Source: Somniosus microcephalus (lineage: Eukaryota). From it: a DNA stretch of 64,000 nt. Positions 62,464 through 64,000 of the stretch are shown here, in pieces. How positions within the stretch are numbered: position 1 is the first letter of the stretch; every line of letters starts with the position of its first letter. Below the pieces are notes generated by a model that saw only the letters and a program-made list of their open reading frames with translations, searched no databases and was not told the DNA's origin. The stretch lies in the NCBI GenBank assembly GCA_052327205.1, contig CM126217.1:64604001-64668000 (forward strand). The letters run 5' to 3'. A program made the translations under genes and the position numbers.

Positions 62464-64000
62464 TGTGCTTTTTGTGGCTCTAGTTTCAGGATCAGGAGTG
62501 TAATTATATCTCATTTGCAATTTCAAATGAAACAGTTTTATTATTTTTCATGTGAACATCACACATATGAAAAGTTTGATCTTTTAATTCTGGCCATCCT
62601 AGTTTTTAATATCCAGATATTTTTTTTATTTGTAGCTGAATAGTTCATCATCCACCTAATGCCCTTGTGCTAAGTTTTGTCATCAGCATAATTTCTACAA
62701 CAAACTGGAAATATAGCACATCAATTTATTTCAAATAATGAGACTAATTTTAAAATGATTTCTCCTGGGAATGCACTTTCTTTTGATCAGAATCTTCTTA
62801 TAAACCTACACTATAAGCGTGTTTACTTAGAGAAATTGGTAGATATTGATCAACGTGTATATGTCAGTGGACTTAGCTGGCGTGCAACTTGCAAAATGTT
62901 TAATAAAAATATCAGCACACACGTAAAATAAATGATTGTTTCCTGCCAGCAGTATCTCTTGAAAGTCTTTGAGTAAAACATTTTCTTTGCAGCTCATTGT
63001 GTTTCTAATTAGACTGGAAGAAGGCAGAAGCACTCGGTGTCAGTCAGTGTTTAGCATGCCCTGGAGCTTAAAGCTCCTGTGGGTATCAAAGTGCACTAAT
63101 TAAATGAGGGGTTCACAATACAGCACTAAACATCAGAGAGAAAGAGGGTCCAGTGTCCTCTGTGCCTTTGAGAATCTATTGCCCGCACTAATTACCCATT
63201 GTTGAATTGACTTCCCATTCTCTTAGCAATGAATTGCCCCCTTATTTTACCACCTTCATTTTGGCCGCCTAATTAATCTTATGGAAATCTCTTGAAGCCA
63301 GATTTTGCAAAGGTTGTCCCAATGTTTATAATTTGATTTGTGATGATAACAGTAAAGGCACTCAGTGATGGAACAGTGTCATTTTTCAGCACTCTTGAGA
63401 CTTGAAGAGGCTATCAATCTTTCCCACGTGCACAGAAAACTGATATCCTAGAAAATTAACTTCAATTAATAACACAAATCCCCTGATACTCTATAAAGTT
63501 GAGCGGCTTTGAAAGGGAACCTTCAAAGCTTTCTCTGAATTGCTTTTTATATGCAGACTCTTTTTATTACAGATTCTTACTGATAGAATAGCAGTGGTAT
63601 TTTTTTTACTATTGTTGGGGACCTGGATTTTAATTTTATATTTTTTTTACAATGACTCCAAATTCTTTATGCACTTTGAGTCACAAAATATTCTTGGTGC
63701 CTCAATGTAAAATGATAATATTTCAGTAATATTTTTGATGGTTGTGATGGTGTTTTGCATCCTGTCCTTGTGGGAAGGATGGGTTCATTTACATTTTTAT
63801 AATGGAGCTGCTATAACTACGATACCTTCATTCGTAAAGTATACAAGTAAGTGCTATAAAAAAAATGGTAGATGATCAAAAAAATTGCCATCACAATAGG
63901 TGACCCACAAAGGATGCAAGTCTATGGTTTTGGTTTTGTTGTGTAAGCATTATGCCATCAAGCTTCATTTGATTACAAAAATACTATGACTAAGAAAGGA

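Overview
Vertebrate, repeat-dense genomic DNA, probably from a cartilaginous fish (inferred from the mix of CR1, L2 and RTE LINEs, Deu-domain SINEs and GC-rich Harbinger elements). I find no intact host gene, no RNA gene and no CRISPR array. The dominant structure is a set of about a dozen PIF/Harbinger DNA-transposon copies and MITEs, many with GGCCTAGAAATT-type termini and 3-bp target duplications. At the left edge one copy carries an apparently intact, spliced Myb/SANT-like gene (three in-frame exons, running off the window). Other copies keep decayed Myb exons and/or HARBI1-like transposase pieces in the convergent two-gene layout. Also present: a young, internally deleted Ty3/Gypsy LTR element (RNase H and integrase, 5-bp TSD), several CR1 and L2 fragments, one RTE 3' end, a Tigger-like MITE, SINEs and tandem repeats. 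Much of the unique DNA carries minus-strand exon-like segments with stops and frameshifts, tentatively a decayed multi-exon gene that I could not identify. Family names are from motif recognition only; no database search was run.
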